DNA from: Calcarisporiella thermophila CBS 279.70
Lineage: Eukaryota > Fungi > Calcarisporiellomycota
Direction of reading: 5' to 3'
Assembly (NCBI RefSeq): GCF_041956535.1
Contig: NW_027192195.1
Coordinates: forward strand, 180,336-244,335
Length of the DNA stretch: 64,000 nucleotides
The notes below the pieces were generated by a model that had not been told where the DNA came from, did no database searches, and saw only the letters and a program-made list of their open reading frames with translations. Both the position numbers and the translations under genes were made by a program. This document shows, piece by piece, positions 11,631 to 27,897 of this stretch (position 1 is the stretch's first letter; each line of letters starts with the position of its first letter).

Positions 11631-14600
11631 ATGAGGGGCAGAGGTAGAGGGACATTCAGGAACAAAGGTACTAATCGAAATAAATCACAACAGCGTAGCA
11701 GCACAACCCAACTCTCCTCAGAGCTCTTGAAAGAGATTGAAGCCAATGGTAAGTAATGTTGTTCTACTTCGACCTGCTGTACTAAGGTTTAACCGGGTCA
11801 ATTCTTAGAAAATGGCGAGAAAAGAACGTTTTCTGGTAAATTCACAAACAAAGCAGCCACCAGAAAGGAGATGAGGAAACAGGCACGCAAGGAAAAGAAG
11901 CAGCGAAAGGTAAATCATGGAAAGGTTGCCACATCAAATTCCGCGCCCTCGGATTTGGGCAAGCGTAAATCTCGCGATGAAAAACAGGTAAACCTTCTCT
12001 CCGAAGATTAAATTCATTTTTGACTAACTAACCAATTTATGCACATTTAGCTTCAAAATGCCAAAAGAATTAAAGTCACTGCTTCAAAATCTAGCAAAGC
12101 AGGCGAAAAACGTGTCCATTTTCAAGGAGTAGACTCTGAAGAAGATGAAATGGACGAAGAGGAGTTGAATGGAAATGAAATGGACAGCGAAGTTGAGAGC
12201 GAGATTGAAAGCGAGATTGAAGAAGACGAAGAAGAAACTGATCTCAGTCGACTACAGAAGCTTGAAAAAAATGACCCAGAGCTTTACCGTGTTATTCGTG
12301 ATTCGAACGTGATTCCAGGTACATCGACGCTTCCTGGGACATTTGATGAGGATGATAGAGAGATTGCACGATATGAAAAGCTTCTTGGATTAAAGAAGGG
12401 GAAGAAAAAGGGAATGAAAGGTTTTAAAGAGGATGGTCTTGACTGTAAGTGTTACTTAGAGCAGAGGGACGTTGTGGTATCGATTAATTCCGAACTTTCT
12501 TCCATATCTTGCTAGTTTTATTGGACGAATTAGACAATTTTGAAACTAAGGCACCATCTAAACTTGAAAGCGACGGCGAAGAACAAGAGGAGGAGGAGCT
12601 TGAACTGGATGACGAAGAAGTAAAATATTGGGCTTATACAATTTTATATTGAGGCATTATTAAATAGTGATTTATTTTGATATAGCTGGAAAATTACAAG
12701 GAACATCTTAATGAAGTGGACTCCGATCTAGAACCATCGGAAGATGAAGACGAAGGCGAGGACGCAGAAGAAGATGCTGATGATGACAGTGACGAAGAAG
12801 AAATTGACGAGAATGAAGAAGAAGAAGTAGAAGAGGAGGAAGAGGAGGAAGAAGAGGAGGAGGAGGAGGGAGAAAGAGAAGAAGTATCCGAATACTTAGA
12901 GAGTAACATCATTATTGCAATTTATTTCGCGTTTTTCTGTAACTCATATTTACTTTCGCAAGTAGATGCATCAGATAAAAAGATTGGCTTACAAGAATCG
13001 AATGTTAAATTAAGTAAACAGCAAGAAACCACTTCATCCACTGCCGCTAGCAAGTATATCCCACCCCATCTCCGCAATAAAGCCGCCGACGGCAAGACAG
13101 AGCAACAGATCCGGGTTCAGCGCCAAGTGCAAGGTCTTCTTAATCGTCTGAGCGATGCAAATTTGGAAACCATCATTTCTGAGATTGAGAAGTTATACCG
13201 AGATTATAGCCGCCATGGTCAGCATTTAATTCTTTATCTTCTGTCTCCTCTGTAAAATCTCACCCCCTAAATACCTATTTTTCCTACTAGATGTAACATC
13301 TACTGTTACTACCCTTGTTTTACAGGTCATCTCTTCTAAAGCGAATCTTCTCGATTCGTTTGTTGTGACATATGCTGCATTCATTGCTAGTCTCTATCGG
13401 ATTTTTGGAATTGATTTCGGTACATAGACTAAGCTGAACCTAAACGAATATAATGGCAACTTACGACCATATATTGATATTCTTTTAGGTGCATATTTTG
13501 TTCAGACTACGATTGAGGACTTTGAACGGCATTTATCCAACTCTAGATCCGCAAAGCTCAATTCCACTGAGGACGACCTACCGGGAACCAAGGAGGCTAC
13601 CAACTTGGCTGCCTTGATTTCGCAGCTCTACAATTTTGAAGTCATATCATGCTCCCTTGTATATGACTTGATCCGGCTATTCATTTCTAATTTCGAAGAA
13701 ATCGATGTTGAACTGCTGCTCAAGCTGACCAAGTGTATGTATATCTGTATGCTATTCTCCCGTTTAATTAAGTTTGGTCTTCATTTCCTTGTCGTTCTTC
13801 AGCTTCTGGATATCAGCTTCGCACCGACGACCCAGCAGCACTAAAGGAAATCATACAGGAAGTCCAAACACAAATGAGCCAACAGGATCCGAAATCGATA
13901 AAGTAATAATATTTCTTAGCTAGTCAGATGGATGTGAGAAAGCTTATTCGTTGTATTTTTTTTCTTCACAGCACACGTACAAAATTCATGGTAGAAACTC
14001 TGAATGATCTCAAGAATAATCGCCTCAAAAATCCGGCGTTGGTAGCAAGTGCTGGTGCAGACAAGGATACCCTCACAAGACTGAAAAAGTTTCTTTCCAA
14101 TCTTAATAAACGGCGATCAGGTAACCTGCTCTCTGACTCGCTTTTCTTTCCTCGCACTCACTCTTTTTGATATGAAACAGTCCATGCTGTCGAGGGCTTG
14201 AATGTGACACTGGAGGATATTCGGTCAGTGCAAACCAAAGGCAAGTGGTGGATCGTCGGGGCTTCCTGGAAAGACAACATGGTCGACGATTCCTCCTCAT
14301 CTCGCCTGAAAGCACTCTCCCAAAAATCCGCCAGCATTAGCAACTCGGCTACCGAGGCCTTGCTCCAGATGGCACGCAAACACAAAATGAATACGGATGT
14401 GCGTCGTAGCGTGTTTGTGGTTCTGATGAGCAGTGAGGATTATGTAGATGCTTTTGAACGGTTGATGAAGTTGGGGCTGACTGAAGTTCAAGAGAGAGAA
14501 ATTGTGCGGGTGTTGTTGCACTGCGCAGGCCATGTGAGTGTCTCATCCCTCCTCTCCCCCCCCCCCCTTTTTTTCATATTTAAAAATGAAAGATTATTTA

Positions 14601-15316
14601 ACTCACCGGAACACCTTACTTTACACAGGAGAAGGCCCATAATCCCTATTATACCCTTATTGCTCAACGGCTCTGCACCCTCAAACACGGCTTCAAAGTC
14701 ACATTCCAATACTGCTTGTGGGATTTTCTGCGGGAAATGGGGGAGTCGAGTGTGGGCGGTTTAGAGAAGCTAAAATCGGCCAGTCTCTCTGGTGAAGCGG
14801 ATGAGGAAAGGGCATCTCTGAGCCGGGTTATCAATCTTGCAAAATTGTACGCATGGTTGCTCGCAGAGGGGAGTTTGACCCTAGCTATCCTAAAGGTAAG
14901 CTTCACCCACATAAGCCCCAGCAATGTGCTCTCCTTTGATGTTACAGTGCTCCTTTTCTTATCCACATTTTCTGGTTGGTTGCTCGTTATAGACGGTGAC
15001 GTTTACCACATTGGGTTCGCGAGCTCGACTTTTCTTCCAACTTCTCTTCAGCCATGCCATCCTAAACACACAGCAGCCCCTCGACGGCCCACGTAATCCT
15101 CAGGCTCTTGCCACTCTGTTCCTCAAGGCCACTCCGATCCCAGCGCTCGCGCAGGGGATCCTCTTCTTCTTACACCAGTTCGTTCGTAAAGGTGAGGTCT
15201 TTGCAGCACCCGAATCAGGAGAGAAGGGCACTGGGAAGGAGGTGGAGGTTGTCAAGTGGGGCTGTGGTGTCGTCAAAGATCTTTTGCATCGGGCTATGAG
15301 TGCGTCAGAGTTTTAG
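11631..15316 (+). CDS. SGD1: Nucleolar MIF4G/MA3 domain protein Sgd1/NOM1
   Basis: Acidic N-terminus; KYIPPHLR; VQGLLNRLSDANLETI (MIF4G); TKGKWWIVGASW; MNTDVRRSVFVVLMSSEDYVDAFERLMKL (MA3). Many introns. Confidence 0.9.
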
Positions 15317-15672
15317 CTCTAGTCCTTGTACTATAAATAAAATCGCTTATCAAGCCAAATGCCCTGTATATTCAACCCGTTGGGTGATTGCTATTTATTT
15401 CAGCATAGGAGGAAAAAGGAAATCCAAGAATAAAAGAAGCATAAAAATATATATATATATATAAACAACAGGGTAAAAAAGAGATAGATAGAGAGAGGAA
15501 GAGAGGGAGAAAGAGAAGTGCGAAAGTTATAAACTAATTAAAAATATATATTTATATATATATTTGCCCGCGGAGGGAAAGCTCTTTTAGGATCAGAGCT
15601 AGTGTTTACAGTAGGATTACGTTAAGAGTGGAAATGCAAATAAAATAAAAAAGGTTGGGATTAAGTTGGCGT

Positions 15673-18600
15673 TTAGAATGGTTCAGGGCTTGCAACGAAA
15701 TGGCGTGGAGAGGGTGGCCCCCGTGGATGATTGTAATAGCCCGAGGAAATCGAGGATGGGGCTCTGCTAGGAGCATGAGGCGGAGCCATCATACCAGGCG
15801 GCATTGGCCTTTGTCCGGTCGGAGTTCGCATCATCATTCTACCAGGGGATGGCGATCGCCCACCGGGATAGTGTCCATGGTGTTGAGGTGGAGGAAGGTG
15901 TTGCTGTGGATACATATTGGGTGAACGTGCTAGCTGATTCGCCCTCTTTTGCTCTCGTTTAATCATCATCCATTGCTCCCATTTCTTCATTGGTATATTG
16001 GACGGATCGAAGGCTTCTCCGTCATCGCCACTGCCATGCCCATTATCCACCCCCTGAATCTGGCGCGTCGCACCCCAACTGAAATCGTCGAATCGCCAGA
16101 ATGCATAGACGGGCAAACAGAAGTTCCAGACTGGCAAAGCGAGTATGTACACAAACATCCATAGAATGTAGATCACCTTCCGTGTCGTGAACAGAATAAG
16201 CACCGCCTGCAGAACGAAGATGGCCGCAATGAAAATCAGGGGAAGAAGAACGTTGAATCCGAGCCCAGCCATCACCGCGAGATAGATGAGGAAGAGCATG
16301 GACGCGGGCATCACAACGGTGCCCAACAAATCCAGGAACACCACGAATTGCATAGAGCAACAAAAGATGCCACAAAGTTGGGGGACAAGAATCAGTTCCA
16401 TCAGGTTGTGAATGGTAGAATTGATCCAACGCCGGCGTTGCGACAATAGCACTTTGAACTCGTCAGGCACCACAGTCTTGCAGATTGCCTTTGGCACGTA
16501 TATCATCTTGCGTTTCGGGAAGGAGCGCAGCATAAGCGTCGTCAAGTAACGATCCTCTCCAAGCAGCAGCAGGTTTTTCTGGTGGAGTGTGTCGACCACA
16601 TTAGACGAGTACATCTCCACAATATCCGGATTGGCCAAAATTGGAATAATGCCACCGTTCTTTGGTGCCTTGACTCTGTTAAACGTGGGTTGCAACTTAG
16701 GGTTAGATACGTGGTTCAAAGGAAAAGGATAACCCTATTCAAGTGATTCAATTTTCTTCTTACCTGTACATGCAGAAGCATCCCGGCAAACAGGTCACAC
16801 CACCAAACACCGACTCGAACGCCTTGCCCAAGTGATGTGAGATGTAGTATTCAAACACCTGGATCATGGTCACCCACGACTGAGACTTGTTTGCAATACG
16901 TGTCTCGCCACACAGGCCCATCACTTCTACATCGCGCTCCATTGCTGCCACCATACGGCTTACACTGTCCGGCATAACGAGGGTATCTGCATCCACCATC
17001 AGCACCATTTCGAAGCGGTCTGGCGTCACACCCATCAATCCGCGCACCTTTTCGAACAGATCGAATTCGAGCGGCGTCATTTGCTCATTGAACGTGATCT
17101 TACTGAGCCACTGCATCAAGATCAATTGCGAGTCACGCTTCCCACGATTGCCCGGCTTCGGCGCAGACTTCTCCGCAGGAGTACCGCATTTTTCCACGAG
17201 GATGATAGGAACCCGTCGATCCTTGATGTTGTAGTAACCAGTGTACACCTTGGCCATGTTGTGACGTTTGCTACCATCGCCAATAGCAACATACGAACAC
17301 GGCTCTGGATCCTCGCCGCTCGACATCTCCATCATGTCTTTGCAAATGTCTGGGGTGGGCTTAGAGTTTCCGTGGCCGGTAATTTTCCCGTCAGCAATCA
17401 CAAAGAGCAGTTTGTGATTATCCGAGTAGTCGCTAAGCGCAAGCGAGTCGAGGGTGGTGCGCAGAGAAGACTCCCCCTCTGAGTAGCACGTCACCAGCAG
17501 CAGCACGTATGAGAGGGTGTCGTCGGGTCGAGGCTTCTTGGAGATCTTTCCCAGCTTCCACGAGAAGAACCAAGAGAAGGTCACAGCGCCTATAAATTTG
17601 ATCATTGTGATGCCGGAGAGAATGACCATTTCAGCAATGATAACAAGATTGGTCGCGAAGCAGCCAATGGTGGTTCCCTCAAGCTTGCCCACCAGGAAAT
17701 AGTCATCGAAACACCTGGCAATGTCGATGTAGTCGGAGTTTCTCAGGATATCCTTGGTGGCATCGCGGGACACAAGTGAATCCCGTATCCAATCTCGCAC
17801 TTGAATTGCTTTAACCGGATCGGGTCCGCCCAGGAACAGCTGGTCGTCCGGTAACTGCAGATATTTGCTCACATCATACACCTTATCGCCGTAGACAAAG
17901 AGCTGCCGACCAAAATCGCGATTGGTCACGTTGTGCCATGTGTACACGATCCATGCTCCCGTTCGCAGTTGCGCAAGCTTCTGACGCGAATCAAACGAAG
18001 TATGACAATGGAAACGGGGGTCATTTTTTTGATTGCAGATGGGTGATAGACCATCCTTGGGTTGGTATTTGCATTTTGAATCTCTAGGGTTAGCTGGGAA
18101 GAAAGGGGTAATATCTTGTCCAAACAACTGCGAAACTATGGGGTTAAGATCCTCATCTGTCGAAAAACAAAATAGAGGTTAAGTGAAAGAACGAAGCAAA
18201 ACCTCGGATGGCAATATTCACCAGTCAAAGGGGCGATTTCACGATGAAAACCTGCCGAGAAAAATACCCCAGTATTGTACAGTTGCCCTCGCACAATCAT
18301 CAGTTTCATCCCCGGCTGGTTTGGGCCGAATTTGACCGCAACCTCCTCGGGATAGATTGGAATAAGAGGCTGGCATGCCATCTGGGACAACCCAAATGTC
18401 AAAATCCCCATTACGCCCGACACAAACACGATAATCATACAAAGGGCCACTTTCTCACGCCATGCTTGGCGGTTACCCGAATCCTTCTTTTTAAGACACG
18501 CTGATAGGCAGATATTCGGGAAGCAGCATGTTACCACCTGGGCAAATATGGTCCACCAGGTGTATTTGGGAGGAGGGGGGAGGTTACTAACGTTATCACC

Positions 18601-19691
18601 AGGTCCACGACGCTGACCCAAGCGAGCGACCGCATTTCCGGGGTTCATTGGGCTACGACCGTGGGAGAGATTTGGGTTGCCGTTCTCGAGTAAGCTCTGG
18701 CGGTTTCGATGCATGAGGGTGCGGCGTCTGCTTGAGAGAGACCGGGTGACACGTCCAGCAGCCATGAACGGATCGCTGCTTGGCGCGGCGTTAAAGGTAT
18801 TCATAGGTATACCTTGTCTACCCTCGTAAGGATACGGCGGAGCTGGCGAACGGTTTCGTGGAGTCATTCCTCCATTGGCGATCATATCGGCGACGTGATG
18901 ATAACCAGCATCGCGCGCAAGCATGACGGCATCTTTTCCGTTGCCAGTACGAATTCTTGGGTCCGCCCCATGATGCATCAATATCCGGCACACGTCCATC
19001 CGCCCACCGTAAGCGGCGAGCATCAACGCTGTCCACCCATACTGATCGGTGAGGTTCATATCGGCCCCATACTTGAGTAGACGATCAACACATGCCATGG
19101 ACCCTTCATAGGCCCCCAGGATCAGGGCGGTTTTACCCGTCCCATCTTGATGGTTGATGTTTGCGCGGCCAAGATCCAGGAGCATCCCCACCACTTGTGC
19201 ATTGTTATTGTAGGCTGCAATGATCAATGGGGTGATGCCCTCCTAAAAACAAGGATGAAAACGGATATTGGCGCACCATCTCATAAGAAAAAAAAGGAAA
19301 ATCGCACATACTTTGTTCGGATGGTTAACATTTGCACCAGCACGAAGTAGTTCCTCCACCACCATTGGATTGCCAGAAGCTGCCGCATGGTATAGTGGAG
19401 TCTCAGCATCATTATCTATAAGGATGCATAAGGTCAATTTAACAAAAGAGGTGCTCTGTTGTAATCAAAGCTCAACCAACCTATCGAGTCTTTGTCCACA
19501 CCGGGTATCCGACACAAAAAGTTCACTACATCTACAGCGTTTTCCATCGCTGCTATATGCAAAGGAGTTCTTCCCTCTTCATTCCGGAGAGCATTAAGGT
19601 CTTCAGGGGGAATACTCTGCATTAAATGGCTAAAATAGCCAACATCGTTATGAGCAGCGGCCGTGAAGATTGCAGCTGCTGGATCCGACAT
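15673..19691 (-). CDS. Division-2 (class IV-like) chitin synthase with N-terminal ankyrin repeats and cytochrome-b5-like domains
   Basis: GT2 CHS motifs [52 protein letters not shown] and DDFSWGATR. About 5-6 ankyrin repeats ([35 protein letters not shown]) are present, and the last of them share one ORF with [10 protein letters not shown]. No myosin motor or DEK domain was seen. Confidence 0.92.
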
Positions 19692-19870
19692 TGCATCGAA
19701 GAGATTGAATTATGTGTATGACTATCTTAGTGAAATAAGATGTGGAAATGGAGTAATAGTGGGAGTTATGGGTATGGTTTTGAAGTTGAAACAGCTAAAT
19801 CCAGCAGCCGTATTAAAAATGAAACGAAATGAAAAAAGGAGCTAGAAGAAGTGAATGTAGGGAGGGAAAG

Positions 19871-19871
<1 letters not shown>

Positions 19872-19917
<46 letters not shown>

Positions 19918-20290
19918 AGAAGGGAGGGAGGAAGAGAGTACNNNNNNNNNNNNNNNNNNNNNNNNNNNNNNNNNNNNNNNNNNNNNNNNNNNNNNNNNNN
20001 NNNNNNNNNNNNNNNNNNNNNNNNNNNNNNNNNNNNNNNNNNNNNNNNNNNNNNNNNNNNNNNNNNNNNNNNNNNNNNNNNNNNNNNNNNNNNNNNNNNN
20101 NNNNNNNNNNNNNNNNNNNNNNNNNNNNNNNNNNNNNNNNNNNNNNNNNNNNNNNNNNNNNNNNNNNNNNNNNNNNNNNNNNNNNNNNNNNNNNNNNNNN
20201 NNNNNNNNNNNNNNNNNNNNNNNNNNNNNNNNNNNNNNNNNNNNNNNNNNNNNNNNNNNNNNNNNNNNNNNNNNNNNNNNNNNNNNNNNN

Positions 20291-20353
<63 letters not shown>
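19872..20353. repeat. (GA)n microsatellite spanning an assembly gap (N 19942-20290)
   Basis: Long GA dinucleotide runs lie on both sides of the 349 Ns. Confidence 0.95.
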
Positions 20354-20357
<4 letters not shown>

Positions 20358-21192
20358 AGAGGGAGAAAGAAAGGGAGGGGAGGGAAAGAGAGACTTTGTC
20401 GAATCTCGTACTGAAAGCAGGGATATCTATGACAACGATTCACAAGAGGTTAGAAGATGTCAACGAATGCATTCATGGACAAGCGTGGGAGCATAATGAG
20501 GATGTTACCTTTCAAGAGGGAAGGGCCGATGGCGAGGATGAAAGGTCGGTATGCTAGAGATTGCTTCCTATCAAAGGATCGCTTTGAGGCTTTTGGTTGG
20601 AAAATAAAAAAACGAAATATACAAAGTGGGTGAAGATAAAAAAAGAAATGGGATCGGGGAACCGTAGACGAATCGAAATGAACACGAAAAAACCTGTGTG
20701 GATTTCCGGTACAACTCAGGAATTGGCATCGAGAGTGCGCGAGGGGGAGGATGCCCGACCAGGCTTCATGTCGCCCCTTCACCGTCGGGCCTTCTTCCCC
20801 TCTGAATCATGGCCCTAGCGGCTGCGGCCGCCCCTCGCCCCCCTCATTTGCTTTCAAACCGTTTCTCGACCACCGGCCCTGAAAGCTAAAACGCGGAAAC
20901 GTCATCCAATTTCTTCATTTTGATTTAAATTGAATTTTAGGTTTCGTATTCGGCTCATCGTGTGCCAATAGATGCGATCGTGTTCTCTAAAACCCTTTCA
21001 ATTAATTTTAAACATGTCTCATTTGAGAAATCATTCCACAATAATAAAAAAACGATTGTATAATAATCAAAGAAATAGGAGGATTAAGAACAGAAAAGAT
21101 AAAGACCCCTTGTGATCATATGTATTTATCATATTTATCATATTTATCATATATATATATATCTTTCTAGAACAAAACAAATGCACCCGGAT

Positions 21193-23995
<2,803 letters not shown>

Positions 23996-25066
23996 GATTG
24001 CAATTCTACTAGAGTGATCTCAGGGTCTATAATAAAAATAGTGTAATGAAACGACAGAGGTCTAGTAAGAAAAAAGTAAAACAGTTAAAGGGAAAAAAAA
24101 AAAAAGGAATAAGAAACTTTTAAACGACAAAATTCAGGAACACGCAAGCTGAAGGAGACAGAACATTTTGTCTCGTGTGCGTCATGCAGATATCTGCGGG
24201 CTATCCCCTACTTGGATACATTCTATAGTAATCGATACCAAGCGTGAATTCCCCTATCGATCCAGATCATCTATCATGCGCATAAAGTTGCAGATCCCTT
24301 TTTTCAAGTTTACTCGAGATATTTAAATACTATCTATTAGCCACCTCCCCTTGCTTCGCCCTCCAAAATTTGCTTGATTCTTTTCCTCCTCCACCTCCTT
24401 TGCTCTTTCGTATCGCAAGCTTCCTTGCTGGTCCTTTTTGCTTGCCATTTCTTGCGGGTTTAGCACTCCTAATTCATCCCTCGCCTATTCAATCTTTTTT
24501 TCTAGCTCGAAGTCTTTATTACTCTATTTTGATATCCTTTATCCTTCCTCTCCCTCGCAGCCATCGCACCTCACTCCACCCCCTCTTTTCCGCAAGCTCT
24601 TTATTCACCCCCTCTCCCTATCTCCAGCTCTTCAAGATTTCGAATAGCAGGAGTCGACATCTGTGAAGGTACAAATCGGTTGACGCTTGGAATTGGAGAG
24701 TTGGATCCAAAGCTGTCAGAAACTTTGGCACCAACCTATTTCTTTCCAAGAAAGAAATCGTAACCGGTTTTCTTCTTTTTCTTTATCACCTCCTATTTAC
24801 TATCCTTTTTTTTTTCAATTTCACCTCTCCCCCTCCCTGCCTGCTGGACTGAGTGATTTTAATTATTTAAGCTTTTACATTTGTTTGCCCCTCTCCCCCT
24901 CCTCCAGTTGCAAAAGTTTAGCTGCGTAAAGATTCTATCCAAAGACTTTCTTCACTAACGATTCTTATCTTTTCTCCTTGCTCTTTCTTTGTTTTCTGAC
25001 TTGCAAGAAGTTACCCTCTGATTTTTCGGAACAGGGCAGAAGCAACCCTCCTCCGCGATCACCGCC

Positions 25067-27335
25067 ATGATGGCGTCAGCAGAAGAAGTTAAAGCGATGA
25101 CTCCTCCCGATACGCCCAACCACCACCCCCCCTCTCCGCTTACCCAACAGCCCACTTTATCGGGAATAGACTGGCGTGGCGCACCTGCTGGCTGTTTATT
25201 TGTAGCCAGGTATCCATGGTTGTTTCCCCCTCCCTAGAGGATGGCCCTCGTGATGCGGATAGCTGATTTTCCCTCACACTATAGTCTCTCCTCAGTGAAG
25301 AGCGATGATCAACTTCAAAAGTCGGTGTGGGATCATTTCTCAGCCTGGGGCAAACTTCTGAACGTGAAGGTGATCAAGGACTCGCTGAATCGTCCCTATT
25401 CTTTCGTGCAGTTTCTGGTGGGACAGTATACTCGATGGTTAGCTCATCCCCAACCTTTCTCACTTTTATCGTTCGTTATATATCTCTGCATTTAGAATGT
25501 GGATGATGCCAAGCGAGCCCTAGTTGAGGCTCAAAACTCAGTTATTGACGGGAGACACATCCGAGTCGAGCCAGCACGTGTCAATCGTACCCTGTTTATC
25601 TCTCGCCTCCCAAAGACGATCGACGAATACAAGCTCAAGGAAGTGCTGTCCAAATACGGCCCGCTTGAGGATATTCGAGTGCTGCCAAACTACATGACCG
25701 GGCACAGCAAAGGTTGTGGCTATGTGAAATTTTTGTACCGAGAGGATGCGATCAAAGCATATATGGTGAGTTAGAGTTCTAGGTGGGAGAGGGAGAGGGG
25801 GAGGGGAGGAGAGAATTTGGCCCTCCACCGGAATACTCATTTCACTTGTATATACCATTCATGACAGACCTTAAGCTCGACCACGCAGTATGGCTGGGTG
25901 GTGGAATGGTCCACGAACAACGACACGGGCCGCTCCCCCATCGATCCGGATTTGGTGGTGGATCGGCGTAGCATTTTTGTCGGGCAGTTGAATCCGCGCG
26001 AGGTGACCGCTGAAAAGCTGCAGGAGAGATTCGGCGTCTACGGCGAGATCACTCGGCTGGAGCTAGTGAACAAAGACCCACGTGGCTATAGTATATACAA
26101 TTTTGAATTCCCCCCTCAACTCTATTGACGGATTCTGTCTTGCATCCATAGTTGGAAGGCCTGCTTTCGCCTTCATTAGCTATCCTTCGGAGGAAGCGGC
26201 GTTGGCCGCCATTCAGCATGAAAACCACGTCTGTTTTCTCGGCTACCCCATCCGCGTCCAATTCAAGGAAGAGCATCTCCAGATGTCGTCCCAATCCTTC
26301 TATACCCGGCCGCCGGTCCCACCGGGGGGCGGGCGAAAGAGCCGATGGACCGCTGGGAACGAGGAGCTGTACGGCGTGGGGTCCGGGGAGAAGTCGAGCA
26401 GCGGTGGCATCAGCGGGAGATCCGGCGGGGCCAAGTACTCCTCTTCTGCCGGCCCGCCCATCTCAGTGTCGTCGCCCTCCATGATGCTCTCCGAGAGGCT
26501 TGGGGTGTATGTTGGCTCGCTGCCACTCCCCGCCACCCATGGGCTACAGTTCTCCCAGATGGGAGCCATGGTTCCGGGATCCTTGCCATATGCAGGGGCT
26601 CCCTTCTCGCCTACCGGCGAACTATTCCCACCCACATTCCCATCCCCCTACTCCCCGCGTTGCCCCGGCAGTGAACACATCGGCGTGGCCAACTTCCAGC
26701 ACCTGCCCCACCTAGTAGTCGGCGACGAGGGAAGGGTGATGGCCGACCAGCGCGGCATGACTTATCTACAAATGCCCGACGGGCATGCTTGTTATCCCGT
26801 GTATCCAGTGCCACCCTACGTGGCCCCTCAGCCACCTCTCTTTCCCCCCGCCCAGGTCCACCAGCACCCTCCTCAGCACCAGCATTTCCGTCACCGCGCC
26901 ATCGGCCACCTCCGGCATTTTCCTGCCACCTATGCTCCCCACGCCACCCCTGCCTACGAAAACCCATTCACGCACGAGACGGCATTGACGGCTGAGCACG
27001 GTGGCCATTCAAGCGATGGCTCCGGAGTATATCCCCGGAAGGCCACAGAAATACAACCCGGGTGTCCCATCCACGATACCGAGAGCCTATGCGAGAATCC
27101 GCCTCTCTCACCCGAGCTGCTTCCTACTGCGTCTACGGAGACCGAGTCCGTTGCCTCCAACGATCCCGATGGCCACGCGCCCGAATCCAATGTGGCATCA
27201 CGGGCTGCCGAAGCGGGAAAGAAGGAGTCGAGCGAAAAACAGCCGCGTACGTCAAGGGAAGGAGAGGCCAAAGGGAAGAAAAAGGAAAATTTGATGAAAA
27301 TCGTGGAGGAATCAAGGAGCGATGTGGACGTTTAA
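25067..27335 (+). CDS. RIM4: Three-RRM RNA-binding protein, Rim4-like (meiotic translational repressor family)
   Basis: Spliced WRGAPAGCLFVASLSSVKSDDQL...HFSAWGKLLNVKVIKDSLNRPYSFVQF...IDGRHIRVEPARVNRTLFI matches the Rim4 RRM1 signature. RRM3 is VDRRSIFVGQL. The tail is a long P/H/Q low-complexity region. Confidence 0.75.
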
Positions 27336-27897
27336 GAAATTTCTCCCCCTCCCCTCTCTCCTCCAAAAGCGTGATCATTATATTATTACTCCCTCTATAT
27401 ATTCTATGTGTTGATTGACTCCATTCTTATTCTTGTGTGTGTATGTGTTTATTTCTATATCTACCCCTTTCTCATTGCGATACACTTGCGGGAGCTTTAT
27501 ATCTATGCCCAAAAAAATAACCATCGGATGTATTTTGGCTAGTGGACACTATGGGCTATTCTCGACTTGCTCGAGGGATATCTCGTCAAATATGCGAATA
27601 AAACTGGGTTCGGGTGATTTCACGGTTTCCCATTTTCCGAAATTGGTGTGCGCTCCGAATCAGAAACAGCGGGCAGTCGCGGTGACGTTGCCCCACGCAT
27701 ACTGCGCAGTTCAGCGCCCGCTCCCGCAGCCACGCGCACCCTTCTCGCTTTTTTTTTTATCCCCTCTCACCCCCCTGGCCCCCAAATCAAGCGCATTCTT
27801 GCCGAAACCTTTTGCTGCCTTACCCATTCTCCCCTCCCCCCCCCCCCTTTTCCCCTTTTCATTTCCAACCATTACAAGTTGATTGAGTCAGATCACT

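Noticed and set aside
19766-20557. Long ORFs across the gap (ERERER/LSLSLS)
   Set aside because: Artefacts of (GA)n repeats and Ns.
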